A DNA stretch of 64,000 bases from a virus (IMGVR_UViG_3300021255_001584:3526-67525), one strand, 5' to 3'; shown: positions 26,218 to 37,162, counted from the stretch's first letter. Notes: generated by a model not told the origin, from the sequence alone. Numbers and translations are program-made.

Positions 26218-26745
26218 TTAGTCGTCATTCGGGTTGACGATAACGTCAACCTGTACTCCGCGAAGTGCGCCAACCCAAACGCCGTCCAGCGCTTTGGCGA
26301 CAATCTTTTCCCATGCTCTCGCATAGGGAGCGTTCGGGCAACCTGCATCCGGCTGGATATCGTCCCACTTGGTCAGGTCGGTCGGGTACAGCTGGTCAGG
26401 AGTGCCGAAGGTCTGCATGACCTTGCCAGCTTCGGTGCCCATGACTTTCAGCTGATTGCAAGTCACTTTCAGCACACCGAAGGTGTTGACCTGCGCAGCG
26501 TCCATGCGGTCAATGGCGTGCAGGATGCGCGCCTTGGTGTATAGCGCAACGAACACGGAGCCGTTGTGCATGTTCATGCGGCTATTGCCACGCTTGATGA
26601 ACGCGATAGCCACGTAGTCAGCGCGACTGACTTCGTTCAAGTACCAGCGAGCAGCGTCGTAGACGTTCAGCCCCACGGGTACATCCTTGGCGAAGGGCAC
26701 AAAGCGGCCACCCTTGCCCTTGACTTCAATGCGAGTGTTTTCCAT
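26218..26745 (-). CDS. hypothetical protein (first gene of GC-rich operon)
   Basis: AAGGAG RBS, biased codon usage. Confidence 0.75.
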   Translation of the reverse strand: MENTRIEVKGKGGRFVPFAKDVPVGLNVYDAARWYLNEVSRADYVAIAFIKRGNSRMNMHNGSVFVALYTKARILHAIDRMDAAQVNTFGVLKVTCNQLKVMGTEAGKVMQTFGTPDQLYPTDLTKWDDIQPDAGCPNAPYARAWEKIVAKALDGVWVGALRGVQVDVIVNPNDD

Positions 26746-27174
26746 GGTTCAAGCTCCTTTCAATTTAGGCATACTAATGCCCGGTAGGTCGTTTCAGCTT
26801 GTGTGCCCGAACGCAGGAAGCGCCACAAGGCACACGTCGAGAATGTTAACAGGGGCCTAGTACAGTTCCAGCGCTTGCGTATAGGTGGGGGGAAATCCGT
26901 TGCCTGTACTTTACACGATTTGCCTACTATGGGCACACGGGTAGTGTGGTAGCAAACTCCTCGTCTCAACAGGTTTCGCGCCTGCGGGCTTGTACTAGGT
27001 TCAATTTTCAAGGTTCGGTGTCGGTATTTCCCTTACCGGCAAAGCCATTATAACACCGTATGGCCGGAAATACATAATCCGGGGGAATATTGCGGGATTC
27101 CAGCATTTTTTCGGGCTGAACGGGCCGGTACCTGCCCAAATTCCACCAACCGCCGAAAATCCTAACCCAAATAC

Positions 27175-27203
27175 TTGACAAATCCCCTAAAATATGGTAA
27201 ACT
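27175..27203 (+). promoter_or_regulatory. rightward promoter at start of packaging/virion module
   Basis: TTGACA-17-TAAACT. Confidence 0.6.
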
Positions 27204-27247
27204 TTAAAATGAAGGAAGTTGTATCTCCCAAATGGAGATGTAAGCAC

Positions 27248-28561
27248 ATGAAAAAGAAATACTCACTCGACTACTCTATCGAACGTGACATAGACCGTCT
27301 TCACGCAGTAGAAGAAATCCTTGACACGCTTGAAACCAACCCTACCAATTCTGAACTAGAACAAATGGCCTCCTACATCCTCTACGGTAAAGATGAAGAA
27401 GGCAAAAACGCGGTCCAGCGCGGCGAAACCACCGACTCTGATAAACGCTACAAATCGTTTCAACGCGCCGCAGACAAAGTTCACTCCCTTGACGAAATTC
27501 TAGACAATCCACTAGGCGACCAACAATCTCTCCAAACTCTAGAATCTCGCTACATTTATACAAAGAAAAAACCAACCATTCGCCGCCCCAAATATGACAA
27601 AACCACCGGCAAACTAATTGACCCCGGCGACAGCGATGTCCCAGGCATGACTCAACTCTGGGAAACTATCGACCGCCTAGACCACATCAAAGCCGTAAAC
27701 GAGGGCACAATCCCACCAGACGAAGATACTCAAATCTTCACCGACTCCTATCGTTTCTATCAATTTAAACACGCCCTCATAGACATCAAGCGTCACCAAT
27801 ACTATCTTAAAGATAGCTACAAACCCACGCTCCACTTCCTTGCTATCACGCCACCCAAAGCTCAAACCTACGACTGGGATACCGACTCCGCTTATTGGAT
27901 GCCATTATCCCAATGGCAAGACCGCGTAGACAACGCTCTCCTCCACACTATCTCCCACAACCTAGAAGATTACGAAACTCGCCTGAACCCCACAACCGGA
28001 GAAAAAGAAGTGAAATGGGTGGTACGCCGCCACACTTTTGATTGGGAAAATCCTGCCCATATCAGGGCCCTCATCAATCATTACAGTGCCATTTACATGG
28101 AATTGGGCGAGAAACTTGATAGCTGGGGCCGCACCCTAATTTATGATTTTGACCGCTATTTTGATATGGTAGGATTTTCACCTGTGCGCGAATACATTCT
28201 TACACGCAAGATAGATAAAGCTCCATATCCCACTATTGTGGCCGAATTACAAGAAAAATTTGGTCTAAAATACAACGAAAACCATCTCTGCACAATCCTC
28301 TCCAAGGAAATCCCCGAGAAGATGGCAGCCGCCGCAACCAAACACCGTATGCTTCTCACCACACCACAATCTGAACGCAAACAATGCTTTACTTGTAAAC
28401 AATGGTTGCCGCGCAATAACTATTTTTTCGCTACCAACAACAGCCGAAAAGACAAATTCGCCTCCAACTGTAAAGAATGTGAACGCAAAAAACGCATAGC
28501 AAAAGGAGGTCAATCACAATATGACAGACGCAATAAAGACTCGGCGTTGCCTAAAATGTAA
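27248..28561 (+). CDS. hypothetical protein with C-terminal Zn finger, possibly DNA-binding
   Basis: CFTC...CKEC; start revised after GGAG. Confidence 0.65.
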   Translation: MKKKYSLDYSIERDIDRLHAVEEILDTLETNPTNSELEQMASYILYGKDEEGKNAVQRGETTDSDKRYKSFQRAADKVHSLDEILDNPLGDQQSLQTLESRYIYTKKKPTIRRPKYDKTTGKLIDPGDSDVPGMTQLWETIDRLDHIKAVNEGTIPPDEDTQIFTDSYRFYQFKHALIDIKRHQYYLKDSYKPTLHFLAITPPKAQTYDWDTDSAYWMPLSQWQDRVDNALLHTISHNLEDYETRLNPTTGEKEVKWVVRRHTFDWENPAHIRALINHYSAIYMELGEKLDSWGRTLIYDFDRYFDMVGFSPVREYILTRKIDKAPYPTIVAELQEKFGLKYNENHLCTILSKEIPEKMAAAATKHRMLLTTPQSERKQCFTCKQWLPRNNYFFATNNSRKDKFASNCKECERKKRIAKGGQSQYDRRNKDSALPKM

Positions 28562-29468
28562 GCAAGAAAAACCATCATATGAATTTGCCCACACAGAATC
28601 GCCTTTCTTCCCGGGGCATCATTCCATGATTTGTACTTCTTGCCTTGAAAAAATGGTGCGGCAAGACAACTTTAATGAAGTTGATAAACTTTGTCAGTAC
28701 CTAGACTTACCATTTGATATGGACAAATGGGCATCGCTTTATAAGATACATGGTGACCGCACGCTTTCTGCCTACTTTAACACTCTTCTTGACGAAAGAT
28801 ACAACTCCGTATCCTGGTCTGATGAAAACGAAAGATGGCGTATTGCGCGCGAAGAACAAACAATAGACGACGAAATCAAAGAATTGAGTGAAGCCAAAAT
28901 GCGCAAACTTAAAAAAACTTGGTCTCCCGCCTATACGCCCGATGAATTACTCTTTCTTGAAGAATACTACAACCAGATAATTGCTACACAGAACGTTTCC
29001 ACTCCTATCCTAGAACACTACGCTCGTGACCTTTGCGAAATTGAATTGCGCATTAAGAAAGGTTTGCGCGAAGGCCTTGATATAAAGAAGGACATGGACG
29101 CCCGCGACAACATAATTAAAATAGCAAAATTTGAAGCTTCTAATGCTAAGAATGCCGCAGACTTTGAATCGGTAGGTGAACTCATGGTGTACTACGGCAA
29201 AAAGGGATGGCACCCCAAATGGCACACAGAACCAAAAGATGACGTTGATTTCTGTATGCAAAATATTCAAAACTATTTGCGTCGCCTAGTAGTGAATGAA
29301 GGCAATTTCGCAGAACAAGTAGAAGATAAACGCGAACGTTTCAACCTTACAGAACGATTAGAGAATATTGAAAATGAAGAAGTAGAATTTGATGAAACCG
29401 CAAATATTCAATATGAAGATGAAGATGCTCTTCTTGGTGATTTAAATGGCGGAAACGTTTATCCGTGA
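28521..29468 (+). CDS. Zn-finger protein, candidate terminase small subunit
   Basis: CLKC...CTSC N-terminus; directly upstream of and overlapping the large terminase. Confidence 0.45.
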   Translation: MTDAIKTRRCLKCKQEKPSYEFAHTESPFFPGHHSMICTSCLEKMVRQDNFNEVDKLCQYLDLPFDMDKWASLYKIHGDRTLSAYFNTLLDERYNSVSWSDENERWRIAREEQTIDDEIKELSEAKMRKLKKTWSPAYTPDELLFLEEYYNQIIATQNVSTPILEHYARDLCEIELRIKKGLREGLDIKKDMDARDNIIKIAKFEASNAKNAADFESVGELMVYYGKKGWHPKWHTEPKDDVDFCMQNIQNYLRRLVVNEGNFAEQVEDKRERFNLTERLENIENEEVEFDETANIQYEDEDALLGDLNGGNVYP

Positions 29469-31224
29469 TGGCATCGCATTAGAAAAAGGCGTAGTTCTCA
29501 CGAAACAATTTCTTGACGATAATCAAGCACTTTTTACTTCTTATTTGAATTATTGGTTGTTATATCCTGATTTATTTTTGGACGCAATACAGCCAGAAAA
29601 TGACAAAAAACATTTTCATTTATTCTTCTATCAACGTATTGCTCTTCGCGCTTCCATGCGATACCGCTATCACTATTGGACTGCTACTCGCGCTACTTCC
29701 AAATCTTTTACGGCTTATTTAAGTTCTGTTGTGCGCGCGGTCCTACTACCAGGTTCCAATATCTTCATTTCTTCTGATGTAAAAGGCACGGTCATTAAAA
29801 TTGCCGAAGCTAAATTCAATGAAATTTGGCGCCATTGGCCTATGCTTCAAAAGGAACTACAAACACGCGAAAGCGGCGGTCAACAAGGTGAAAAGAAGAG
29901 CGGTAACTATTATGAACTACGTTTCCGCAATGGCAGTATGATTACTGTCGTCTCAAAAGACACCAGCCGTGGTTTGCGCGCGACCGCCGGTATATTAGAG
30001 GAATGCGCAACCATTGAAGAAGAAGATTACAATGAAGTATTACTTCCTCAAATGAACGTAGCACGTCGCGAAGTAGATGGTTCCCTAAATCCAGAAGAAC
30101 CAACTGCCGCGCAAATTTTCATTACTACTGCACGCGAAAAAACTGTATTTATGTACAGTAAACTTATTGAGTGCGCAGTAAATGCTGTTTTGCGGCCAAA
30201 CGAATATTTTGTTTGGGGTCTTTCATATGAAGTGCCTTTACATTATGGCTTAATTGATAAGGCAACATTAATGGATCAACGCTACTCAAATACTATGAAT
30301 GAAGATTCATTTGCGCGTGAATCTTTATCAATCTGGACTGGTAATAGTAAAGATGCGTGGCTTGATTCTAAACGATTAAGTAAACGCAGAACTTTATTAA
30401 AATGCGAGCGTAAAGCACAAGAAAATCCTACAAATCCAAACACATTTTATATGATTGGGGTAGACGTAGCCAGATATTCTGCTAATACTGCGATTATGGT
30501 AGCAAAAGTATTACCAAATTCGCATGGTTTTAAAAAGAATATTGTCTATACAGAAGTTATTCATGGCGCCAATTACATTACCGAACAGGCGCCACGTTTG
30601 AAGAAACTAATACAATTATATAATCCACGAGAGATAGTTATTGACGGTAATGGCCCAGGCATTGGATTGCTTGATGCCATGGTTCTCCCATCATTTGATA
30701 AAAATACTGGAGAGAAATTTCCAGCATACTTTACTTTTAATGATGAAAACCATTTACCGCCAGATAAGAAAAAAGAAATGGACGAACCGATGCCAGAGTT
30801 AAACGCTATTATATACGACATTAAAGCTGGTTCATCAAATGATGACCTTATCCATTCTAACTTCTTCGCGCAAATAAATAATGGTTCTGTATCCTTTCTT
30901 GCTAGTGAAAGAATTGTAAAGGATAAATTATTAAAAACAATTCGCGGCAAAAGAATGTCACTGTATGACCGCAGAGTTTATTTGCTACCTTATGAAATGA
31001 CTTCTCGTCTTATGGATGAATTAAATAATTTGAAGTTAAAACCTACTGGCGTTCAAAACCAATTTAAGGTAGAACGCATTTCAGCTTCCACCCCAAAAGA
31101 CCGTTTTTCTGCTCTTGAATATTGTCTTTATAGGATTAAATATTATGAAGATAAAGAGGCACGAAAAGCAAAGAAAAGAAATTTTGGGCAATATGCCTTT
31201 TTCAGTCCTGGACGTAGGGGGTGA
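29446..31224 (+). CDS. terL: terminase large subunit
   Basis: YQR, RATSKS Walker A-like, ILEEC Walker B, ITTA, nuclease IGVDVA / IDGNGPG / DRFSA. Confidence 0.9.
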   Translation: MAETFIRDGIALEKGVVLTKQFLDDNQALFTSYLNYWLLYPDLFLDAIQPENDKKHFHLFFYQRIALRASMRYRYHYWTATRATSKSFTAYLSSVVRAVLLPGSNIFISSDVKGTVIKIAEAKFNEIWRHWPMLQKELQTRESGGQQGEKKSGNYYELRFRNGSMITVVSKDTSRGLRATAGILEECATIEEEDYNEVLLPQMNVARREVDGSLNPEEPTAAQIFITTAREKTVFMYSKLIECAVNAVLRPNEYFVWGLSYEVPLHYGLIDKATLMDQRYSNTMNEDSFARESLSIWTGNSKDAWLDSKRLSKRRTLLKCERKAQENPTNPNTFYMIGVDVARYSANTAIMVAKVLPNSHGFKKNIVYTEVIHGANYITEQAPRLKKLIQLYNPREIVIDGNGPGIGLLDAMVLPSFDKNTGEKFPAYFTFNDENHLPPDKKKEMDEPMPELNAIIYDIKAGSSNDDLIHSNFFAQINNGSVSFLASERIVKDKLLKTIRGKRMSLYDRRVYLLPYEMTSRLMDELNNLKLKPTGVQNQFKVERISASTPKDRFSALEYCLYRIKYYEDKEARKAKKRNFGQYAFFSPGRRG

Positions 31225-32792
31225 ATAGTGTGAGTGCAAAAGATAGACAAAGATATGATTTTACTAATTTTAAAGTGGCAATAAAAAATCGTGGCCCTAG
31301 ACTCCCAATCGGTGAAAGAGCATATTCACGCTGGGGCTATCGTACAAGTGACCCGGTTCGCTATGAGGATTTTACACTTGAAGAAATTGAACGCATAATT
31401 TGTGAGGGCGATTTAGAATCGTTAAGAGAACTTTCCCGTTATTATTATCGCACTAATGGCGAGTATCGTAATAATATTGATTTTCTCGCGCGTTTATTTC
31501 TTTATGATACAATGGTAATACCAGTATTTGAAGAAGGTAAAGGCTCAAAAGCTCAAATTTTAAAAGCATTTTATAGTGCTTGCAGATTTGTAGATAATTT
31601 AGATTTACCGAATGCTTTGATGCGTATTACCACTGAATGGTTAAAAACTGGTGTCTATAATGGTATTTTGCGGCAACAAGGAGAAAAGGCCGTAATACAT
31701 GAACTACCATTAGAATATTGCCGCACCAGATTTAAGGATATGAATAATTTAAATATCCTTGAATTTAATTTACATTACTTTGATAAATTCCTAAGTGCCG
31801 AATTAAAAGCTGAAATGGTAGAAACTTTTCCAGAAGAAGTCCAAACTGCATTTTGGCAATGGGAAGGCAGCAATAGAAAGCTGGATCCTTGGGTAGAAAT
31901 ACCGGCCGGTGCTGGCGGAGTATGTTTTTGTTTTTCTGGTGACTGTACGCCGCCTTTAATTGCTAGTATTCCAGATTTAAAACAATTAAAGGATGCTGTA
32001 AAACGAGAAGAAAAACGTGATGAAAATGAACTTTATAAACTACTTATTGAAAGGATGCCAATAACATCTGATGGTGAACTAGTTTTCCAATTGGATGAAG
32101 TGGCAGACATTCACTCATCTGTGGCCGCAATGTTAAGTGATATAGACACAGTTGATGTACTTACCACATTTGGTGAAACCGATTTAGAAAGTTTACAAGA
32201 AACTTCCGCCGCAACACAGTCTGCTGACCGCATAGAGAAATATAAGAAAAACGCCTACGACGCATTAGGACGTAGTTCTATAATTTTCAATGCCGATGGC
32301 AGTTCTACACTAGCTTATGCTATTAAGAAAGACGAAGCACTAATGCAGAGTTTTCTTAATATGTATGAAACTTGGATTCGTTTTCATATTAATGAAAAAT
32401 TCGCGCGAACTGGTTTAACATTTGATTTTGAGATACTTCCTACAACTGTATTTAACCGTAAAGATTTACAGAGTACATATTTCAGCGGAGCCCAGTATGG
32501 TTACTCTAAAATGCTTGCGGGCGTATCTATGGGAATTAAACAAATGGATCAGCTTGCAATTATGAATTTTGAAAACGACTTCTTGAAAATGTCAGAAAAG
32601 ATGATACCATTACAATCATCATTTACTACTTCTGGCACCGAAGTTGCTGCCGAAGGAAAAAATGAAAATTCGTCACAAAATAGTTCAAGTTCTTCGCAGA
32701 ACAAAGACATAAATAATAAGGGAGGTCGTCCCGAACTTCCCGACGAAGAAAAATCCGAAAAAACTCAGGCCAACATTGCGGCCGCAGGATAA
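31221..32792 (+). CDS. portal protein
   Basis: Position after terL, size, and PLQSSFT...GGRP C-terminal motif. Confidence 0.75.
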   Translation: MNSVSAKDRQRYDFTNFKVAIKNRGPRLPIGERAYSRWGYRTSDPVRYEDFTLEEIERIICEGDLESLRELSRYYYRTNGEYRNNIDFLARLFLYDTMVIPVFEEGKGSKAQILKAFYSACRFVDNLDLPNALMRITTEWLKTGVYNGILRQQGEKAVIHELPLEYCRTRFKDMNNLNILEFNLHYFDKFLSAELKAEMVETFPEEVQTAFWQWEGSNRKLDPWVEIPAGAGGVCFCFSGDCTPPLIASIPDLKQLKDAVKREEKRDENELYKLLIERMPITSDGELVFQLDEVADIHSSVAAMLSDIDTVDVLTTFGETDLESLQETSAATQSADRIEKYKKNAYDALGRSSIIFNADGSSTLAYAIKKDEALMQSFLNMYETWIRFHINEKFARTGLTFDFEILPTTVFNRKDLQSTYFSGAQYGYSKMLAGVSMGIKQMDQLAIMNFENDFLKMSEKMIPLQSSFTTSGTEVAAEGKNENSSQNSSSSSQNKDINNKGGRPELPDEEKSEKTQANIAAAG

Positions 32793-32797
32793 GGAGA

Positions 32798-34108
32798 ATG
32801 ACTATGGATAGACAGATACCTATTTATTTTGATAGCGTTGTAGTCTCTTCTCCCATCGAAAGAATTTCAGAGTCAAATCCTAATTTGGGCCGCCTCAAAG
32901 TGCGTGTTTTCACCAAGTATGGAAATCGCAATGGCTCATACATTACTGATAAAGTAGCAGAGCAACTTATTAATTCCGCTACACAGGGAACCACTCCAGT
33001 AGTTGGTTTTTTTGACCCTGAAACACAAAGTTGGGCCTCTCACAGCGGCCCCACTCTCGCTAACGCTTATGGTTATGTGGAAAGTTTTTTAGGATGGGAA
33101 CCATTTGAAGACACAGATGGCGTTATTAGAGAATATGCTGTATTCTCAATTATTTTGTTCACTAATTATTTTGAAGAAGCAAATAAAGTATTTGGACAGA
33201 ATCAAAGCATGGAACTAGACCCAGATTCTATTGATGGCGCTTGGACGCGCATTGATAATGTAGAATATTTTGTCTACACAAAAGCAAGTATGCTTGGTTT
33301 TTGTATTATTGGTGAACATGAACCTTGTTTTTCTGTATCCTCATTCTTTTCTAAGAATGATGACGCATATACATCTCAACAAGAGAAGTTCTCTTCACTT
33401 CTGTTTGACCTCAAAGCACAAGTTGAAGAGGCTGAAAAAAATAATGAAGGAGGAGAACAACCAATGAATGAGTTTGAAAACCAGGAAGTTGTAGAACAGG
33501 TTGAAGAGACTCAAGTTGAGAATCCTCAAGTGGAAGAAACACCCGATTCATTTCAGGCTGAAGAAACTGTTGAAACAGAAGAGACTACTGTCACTGAAGA
33601 ACAAACAGAATTTGCTGAAAATGAGGATGAAGCTGTTGAAGAACCCGCAAATGACGAGCCTTCTGAATTTGAAGCCCTCCAACAGCAGTTCAACGACCTA
33701 CAAAATTCCTACAATGAATTACAATCAAATTATGAGAACGCCCAATCTCGTATCACCGAGCTTGAACAGTTCCAGACAAACGCAAATACAGAAATTGAAA
33801 ATTTACGCGCTCAAAACGAGCAATTACAAACTTCTCTACAATCTTACCAAGCTCAGGCAGTAGAAGCCGAGAACAATCGTAAGAATGAATTAGTAGAAAA
33901 ATATGAAAAAGTAATGAGTGAGGAAGAAATTAGTCCAATTAAAGAAGTGGCTAAGGACTTTTCTTATGATGAATTGGAATCTAAGTTAGCAATTACTTTT
34001 GCTAATTCAAAGATCGCTGGCAGTGAAGATAAAGAAATGAAAGTGCCACTACCAGATCCTGAAGAATCACAATTCGCTCTACTTATGAAAAAGTATCGTA
34101 AAAATTAA
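32798..34108 (+). CDS. prohead protease/scaffold
   Basis: NRNGS...QSME...EPCF N-domain followed by acidic coiled coil; position. Confidence 0.65.
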   Translation: MTMDRQIPIYFDSVVVSSPIERISESNPNLGRLKVRVFTKYGNRNGSYITDKVAEQLINSATQGTTPVVGFFDPETQSWASHSGPTLANAYGYVESFLGWEPFEDTDGVIREYAVFSIILFTNYFEEANKVFGQNQSMELDPDSIDGAWTRIDNVEYFVYTKASMLGFCIIGEHEPCFSVSSFFSKNDDAYTSQQEKFSSLLFDLKAQVEEAEKNNEGGEQPMNEFENQEVVEQVEETQVENPQVEETPDSFQAEETVETEETTVTEEQTEFAENEDEAVEEPANDEPSEFEALQQQFNDLQNSYNELQSNYENAQSRITELEQFQTNANTEIENLRAQNEQLQTSLQSYQAQAVEAENNRKNELVEKYEKVMSEEEISPIKEVAKDFSYDELESKLAITFANSKIAGSEDKEMKVPLPDPEESQFALLMKKYRKN

Positions 34109-34122
34109 GGAGGGAAATTATT

Positions 34123-34752
34123 ATGGCTATGAAGAGATTTCCACTAACAAGTGCCAATAGCTATTCTAGCAAGTATCGCCCAGGCGAGAAGCTATATGCT
34201 ACTCTAGAGCTAAACCAGGTAGCTTTCCCAAAGACTGGTATGGTAGTTTCACAGACCCCACTAGGTGACGAGTTCACCCTAGCTGCTCCTTGTGAGAATG
34301 GTATGTGGGTTGTAGCTGACAAGGCTGCTGGGGCCATTAAGTCTCCTGCTGCTGCTACTGATAAGCCTATTGGTATTGTTTATACTACTGAAAAGGAATA
34401 TGATATTTTCCATTATGGTCTACAGACTTTTGGTCGCAAGATTGCTGGCGACTACCCTCGTGTAGGTCTACTAGGTATTGGTGATACTGTAACTACTAAT
34501 TGCCTACAGTATGATGACACTGAATTTAAAGCTGTTACTTCTGGTGATAATCAGAAGACTGCCGAAGAAGCTCTATTTGATGCTCTAAAGGCAATTGAAA
34601 CTACTCCTCTATATGTAGTTCCTGTGGCTGGTTCTGCTGTTCCCAAGATTACTGCTACCAAGCCAAATTCTGGCATTTATGCTAAGGTTGTTAAGTTCTA
34701 TACTGTACCTAACGGCGAGCCCGGCGTTAAGTATCAGATTATTAGTCTATAA
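34123..34752 (+). CDS. capsid-associated (decoration) protein
   Basis: ENG motif; between scaffold and capsid; high-expression codon bias. Confidence 0.55.
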   Translation: MAMKRFPLTSANSYSSKYRPGEKLYATLELNQVAFPKTGMVVSQTPLGDEFTLAAPCENGMWVVADKAAGAIKSPAAATDKPIGIVYTTEKEYDIFHYGLQTFGRKIAGDYPRVGLLGIGDTVTTNCLQYDDTEFKAVTSGDNQKTAEEALFDALKAIETTPLYVVPVAGSAVPKITATKPNSGIYAKVVKFYTVPNGEPGVKYQIISL

Positions 34753-34767
34753 TAGGAGGTGCGAACT

Positions 34768-35874
34768 ATGAATAATCTACAGATTTTAATGAATGGTGTT
34801 TTCGGCCGCAAGGTTCCAGCCGAGTTCGCTGCCGAGAATTATGACTATGAAGCTGCTCTACATGATGAGCTAGTTAAATTACTATGTGATGACAAGGGTC
34901 GTTTTAGTCGTTCCAAGTATCGTCGCAATAAGATTGAGCTATTTGAGCTACTTGAACAGAACCTAGAAGAGGTTCTACCACAGAATATCCAGAACGCCCT
35001 AGATATGTTCTGCGAAGTTATTCGCGTTCCACAGGGTTCTCGCCTAGAGTTCCGTGTAACTCGCGGCAAGCAGCGTGGCCGTCAGTTTGTTACTCGTGCC
35101 ACCGAGTCTGGTAACTATGAAACCTTCCGTCTAGACCGTGATCGTTTTGATGTATATCCACAGGCTATCGGCGGAGCCGGCTATGTTGATTTCGAGCGTT
35201 ATCTTGATGGCGTTGAGAACATGACCGATATTTATGATATTATTCAGCAGGGTATTGTTGACCGCATTTTTGAAATGGTTCAGGAGACTCTACTAAGCTC
35301 TTGGAATCTAGCTGGTCGTCCAGCCAAGAATAAGGTTATTGCTTCTAGCTTTGACCCAGCCGCTATGGTTAAGCTTTGCAACGTAGTTGCTGCTTATGGC
35401 TCTCCAGTGATTTACTGCACTCCAGAGTTCGCTGCTGAAATGGTAAATGCTATTGTTTATAACAATACTACAAAGATTTCTGATCAGGATATGATTGAAG
35501 TACGTGAGCGTGGCTATATTGGCCGCTTCCGTGGTTTCCCAGTTGTTGTAATGCCACAGTCTTACACTGACGAGAAGAATGAGAAGCTAGTTATGAATCC
35601 TTCTTTTGCTTATGTAATTCCTGCCGGTAAGGAAAAGCTAATCAAGCTAGGCTTTGAAGGCTCTCCTTATTTCCGTGAGTGGGATGACCATGAGGGCGAC
35701 AATTCTATCGTTCTACAGGGCTATCTAAAGGTTGGTATCGGTATGGTCGGTACTCCTAATTATTGGGGCATTTATTATAATGCTGGTATTGAAGCAGATG
35801 GCTGGAAGGATTATAATGATAATCTAGATTCTGCGATTGCTACTGAGTATCAGAAGGCACATCCAAACGGCTAA
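34768..35874 (+). CDS. major capsid protein
   Basis: Position, about 370 aa, strong codon bias, terminator after it; start revised after GGAGGT. Confidence 0.75.
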   Translation: MNNLQILMNGVFGRKVPAEFAAENYDYEAALHDELVKLLCDDKGRFSRSKYRRNKIELFELLEQNLEEVLPQNIQNALDMFCEVIRVPQGSRLEFRVTRGKQRGRQFVTRATESGNYETFRLDRDRFDVYPQAIGGAGYVDFERYLDGVENMTDIYDIIQQGIVDRIFEMVQETLLSSWNLAGRPAKNKVIASSFDPAAMVKLCNVVAAYGSPVIYCTPEFAAEMVNAIVYNNTTKISDQDMIEVRERGYIGRFRGFPVVVMPQSYTDEKNEKLVMNPSFAYVIPAGKEKLIKLGFEGSPYFREWDDHEGDNSIVLQGYLKVGIGMVGTPNYWGIYYNAGIEADGWKDYNDNLDSAIATEYQKAHPNG

Positions 35875-35896
35875 TTATTATAAATAAATCACTTCA

Positions 35897-35936
35897 ATGG
35901 GGTGGGTGAGAGTCTCGCCCATCCCATTTTTCTTTT
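35897..35936 (+). terminator. intrinsic terminator after capsid gene
   Basis: ATGGGGTGGGTGAG/CTCGCCCATCCCAT followed by T tract. Confidence 0.75.
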
Positions 35937-35958
35937 AGAGTTAAAGGAGGAAATTATT

Positions 35959-36408
35959 ATGGCAAAAATTACTTTAAAGAATATTAGTTCTGCTACTGTT
36001 GTTATTGGTTCTACAAATGGTACTATGCGTTCTCGCAGTCTAGCACCCGGTCGTATTATTACTCTAACTCCAAGTGAGTATGAAGATTTGATGTATGAGC
36101 CTGGCGTCCAGAATATGATTCGCGGCGGCTACATTAAGATTGATGGTGTACAGGAAGATCGCGCTGTTATTGAAACTCCTACCAATGTAATGGATAAGGA
36201 TGAAATTATTAAGATGATTGATAATAAGGATATTACAGCTTTTGCCAAGTATATCAAGATTGCGCCTTCTGCTGCGAAGGAAACTATTGTACAGTATGTG
36301 GTAGATAATAACATTACTGATAATGCTTTTACCGCTCTAATTAAGACATATTGCGGCGTTGATGTAATTCAGGCTATTTCTGTAAAGCATCAAGCTGAAG
36401 AGAAGTAA
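35959..36408 (+). CDS. hypothetical virion-module protein
   Basis: AAGGAGG RBS; start revised. Confidence 0.7.
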   Translation: MAKITLKNISSATVVIGSTNGTMRSRSLAPGRIITLTPSEYEDLMYEPGVQNMIRGGYIKIDGVQEDRAVIETPTNVMDKDEIIKMIDNKDITAFAKYIKIAPSAAKETIVQYVVDNNITDNAFTALIKTYCGVDVIQAISVKHQAEEK

Positions 36409-36411
36409 CAC

Positions 36412-36900
36412 ATGGCAACACCCTTTCTCAAGGTATATGATGCCTTTCTAGCACGAATAACCGCGGATGAATGGACTCTTGAGGAAGAACTCGCAATCGT
36501 AGAGCGGGATTGGCAAGAACTCCTTAACATCGCAATTTTTAGGTTCAAGTATCCGCGTGTTAGTTTGGAAAGAGAAGAAGTTGAGCCTAGCGGTAACGAT
36601 AATCCACATGAATTAAAAATGTATCAATTTGTTAATGATTTAACAAATGATGAAATTCAATTACTTGCTCTTTATATGAAGCATGAGTGGGTAAAACGTT
36701 GTATTGCTAGTTGGGAGAATATTAGACAGCTCTATGCAGATAAAGATTTTTCACAAGCAAATCATTTAGATAAATTAAATAAATTGGAGGCCGCGATTGC
36801 TAATGATGTGCGGCGCGCAGAAGGTATTTATGACCGTTCGCGCGGAAAGCGGCCAGCAAACTTATTTAAAAAGTTAGCAGGTAAGAAAAATGCCTTATGA
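36412..36900 (+). CDS. putative head-tail adaptor
   Basis: Position and helical composition; DFSQANHL motif. Confidence 0.5.
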   Translation: MATPFLKVYDAFLARITADEWTLEEELAIVERDWQELLNIAIFRFKYPRVSLEREEVEPSGNDNPHELKMYQFVNDLTNDEIQLLALYMKHEWVKRCIASWENIRQLYADKDFSQANHLDKLNKLEAAIANDVRRAEGIYDRSRGKRPANLFKKLAGKKNAL

Positions 36901-37162
36901 TGTAACTTTTGACGGCTATAAAAATAAATTAAAAGGTCGTCTTTACGGAGTGCTTTGTGAAAAAGAAAAAAATGGTGAATGGGAAAAATTTCTTGATTCT
37001 ATTATAATTGAACTTGAAGGATTGGGGCCAACTTGTATTAACTATTGGCCTCTTCTTGGCAAGTTAAATTCATTGCGCCATCTATCATATGAATATTTTA
37101 GAAAAACTATTTTTGAATGTATGAATTTGGTGGGCGCGCTAGAAATAAGGGATAGTGAATGA
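36890..37162 (+). CDS. hypothetical protein
   Basis: Overlapping operon gene. Confidence 0.7.
   Translation: MPYDVTFDGYKNKLKGRLYGVLCEKEKNGEWEKFLDSIIIELEGLGPTCINYWPLLGKLNSLRHLSYEYFRKTIFECMNLVGALEIRDSE

Noticed and set aside
26760-27247. ORFs 26760..27011 and 27008..27247
   Set aside because: Poor RBS, overlap with promoter elements and no codon bias like neighbouring genes; treated as leader or intergenic DNA
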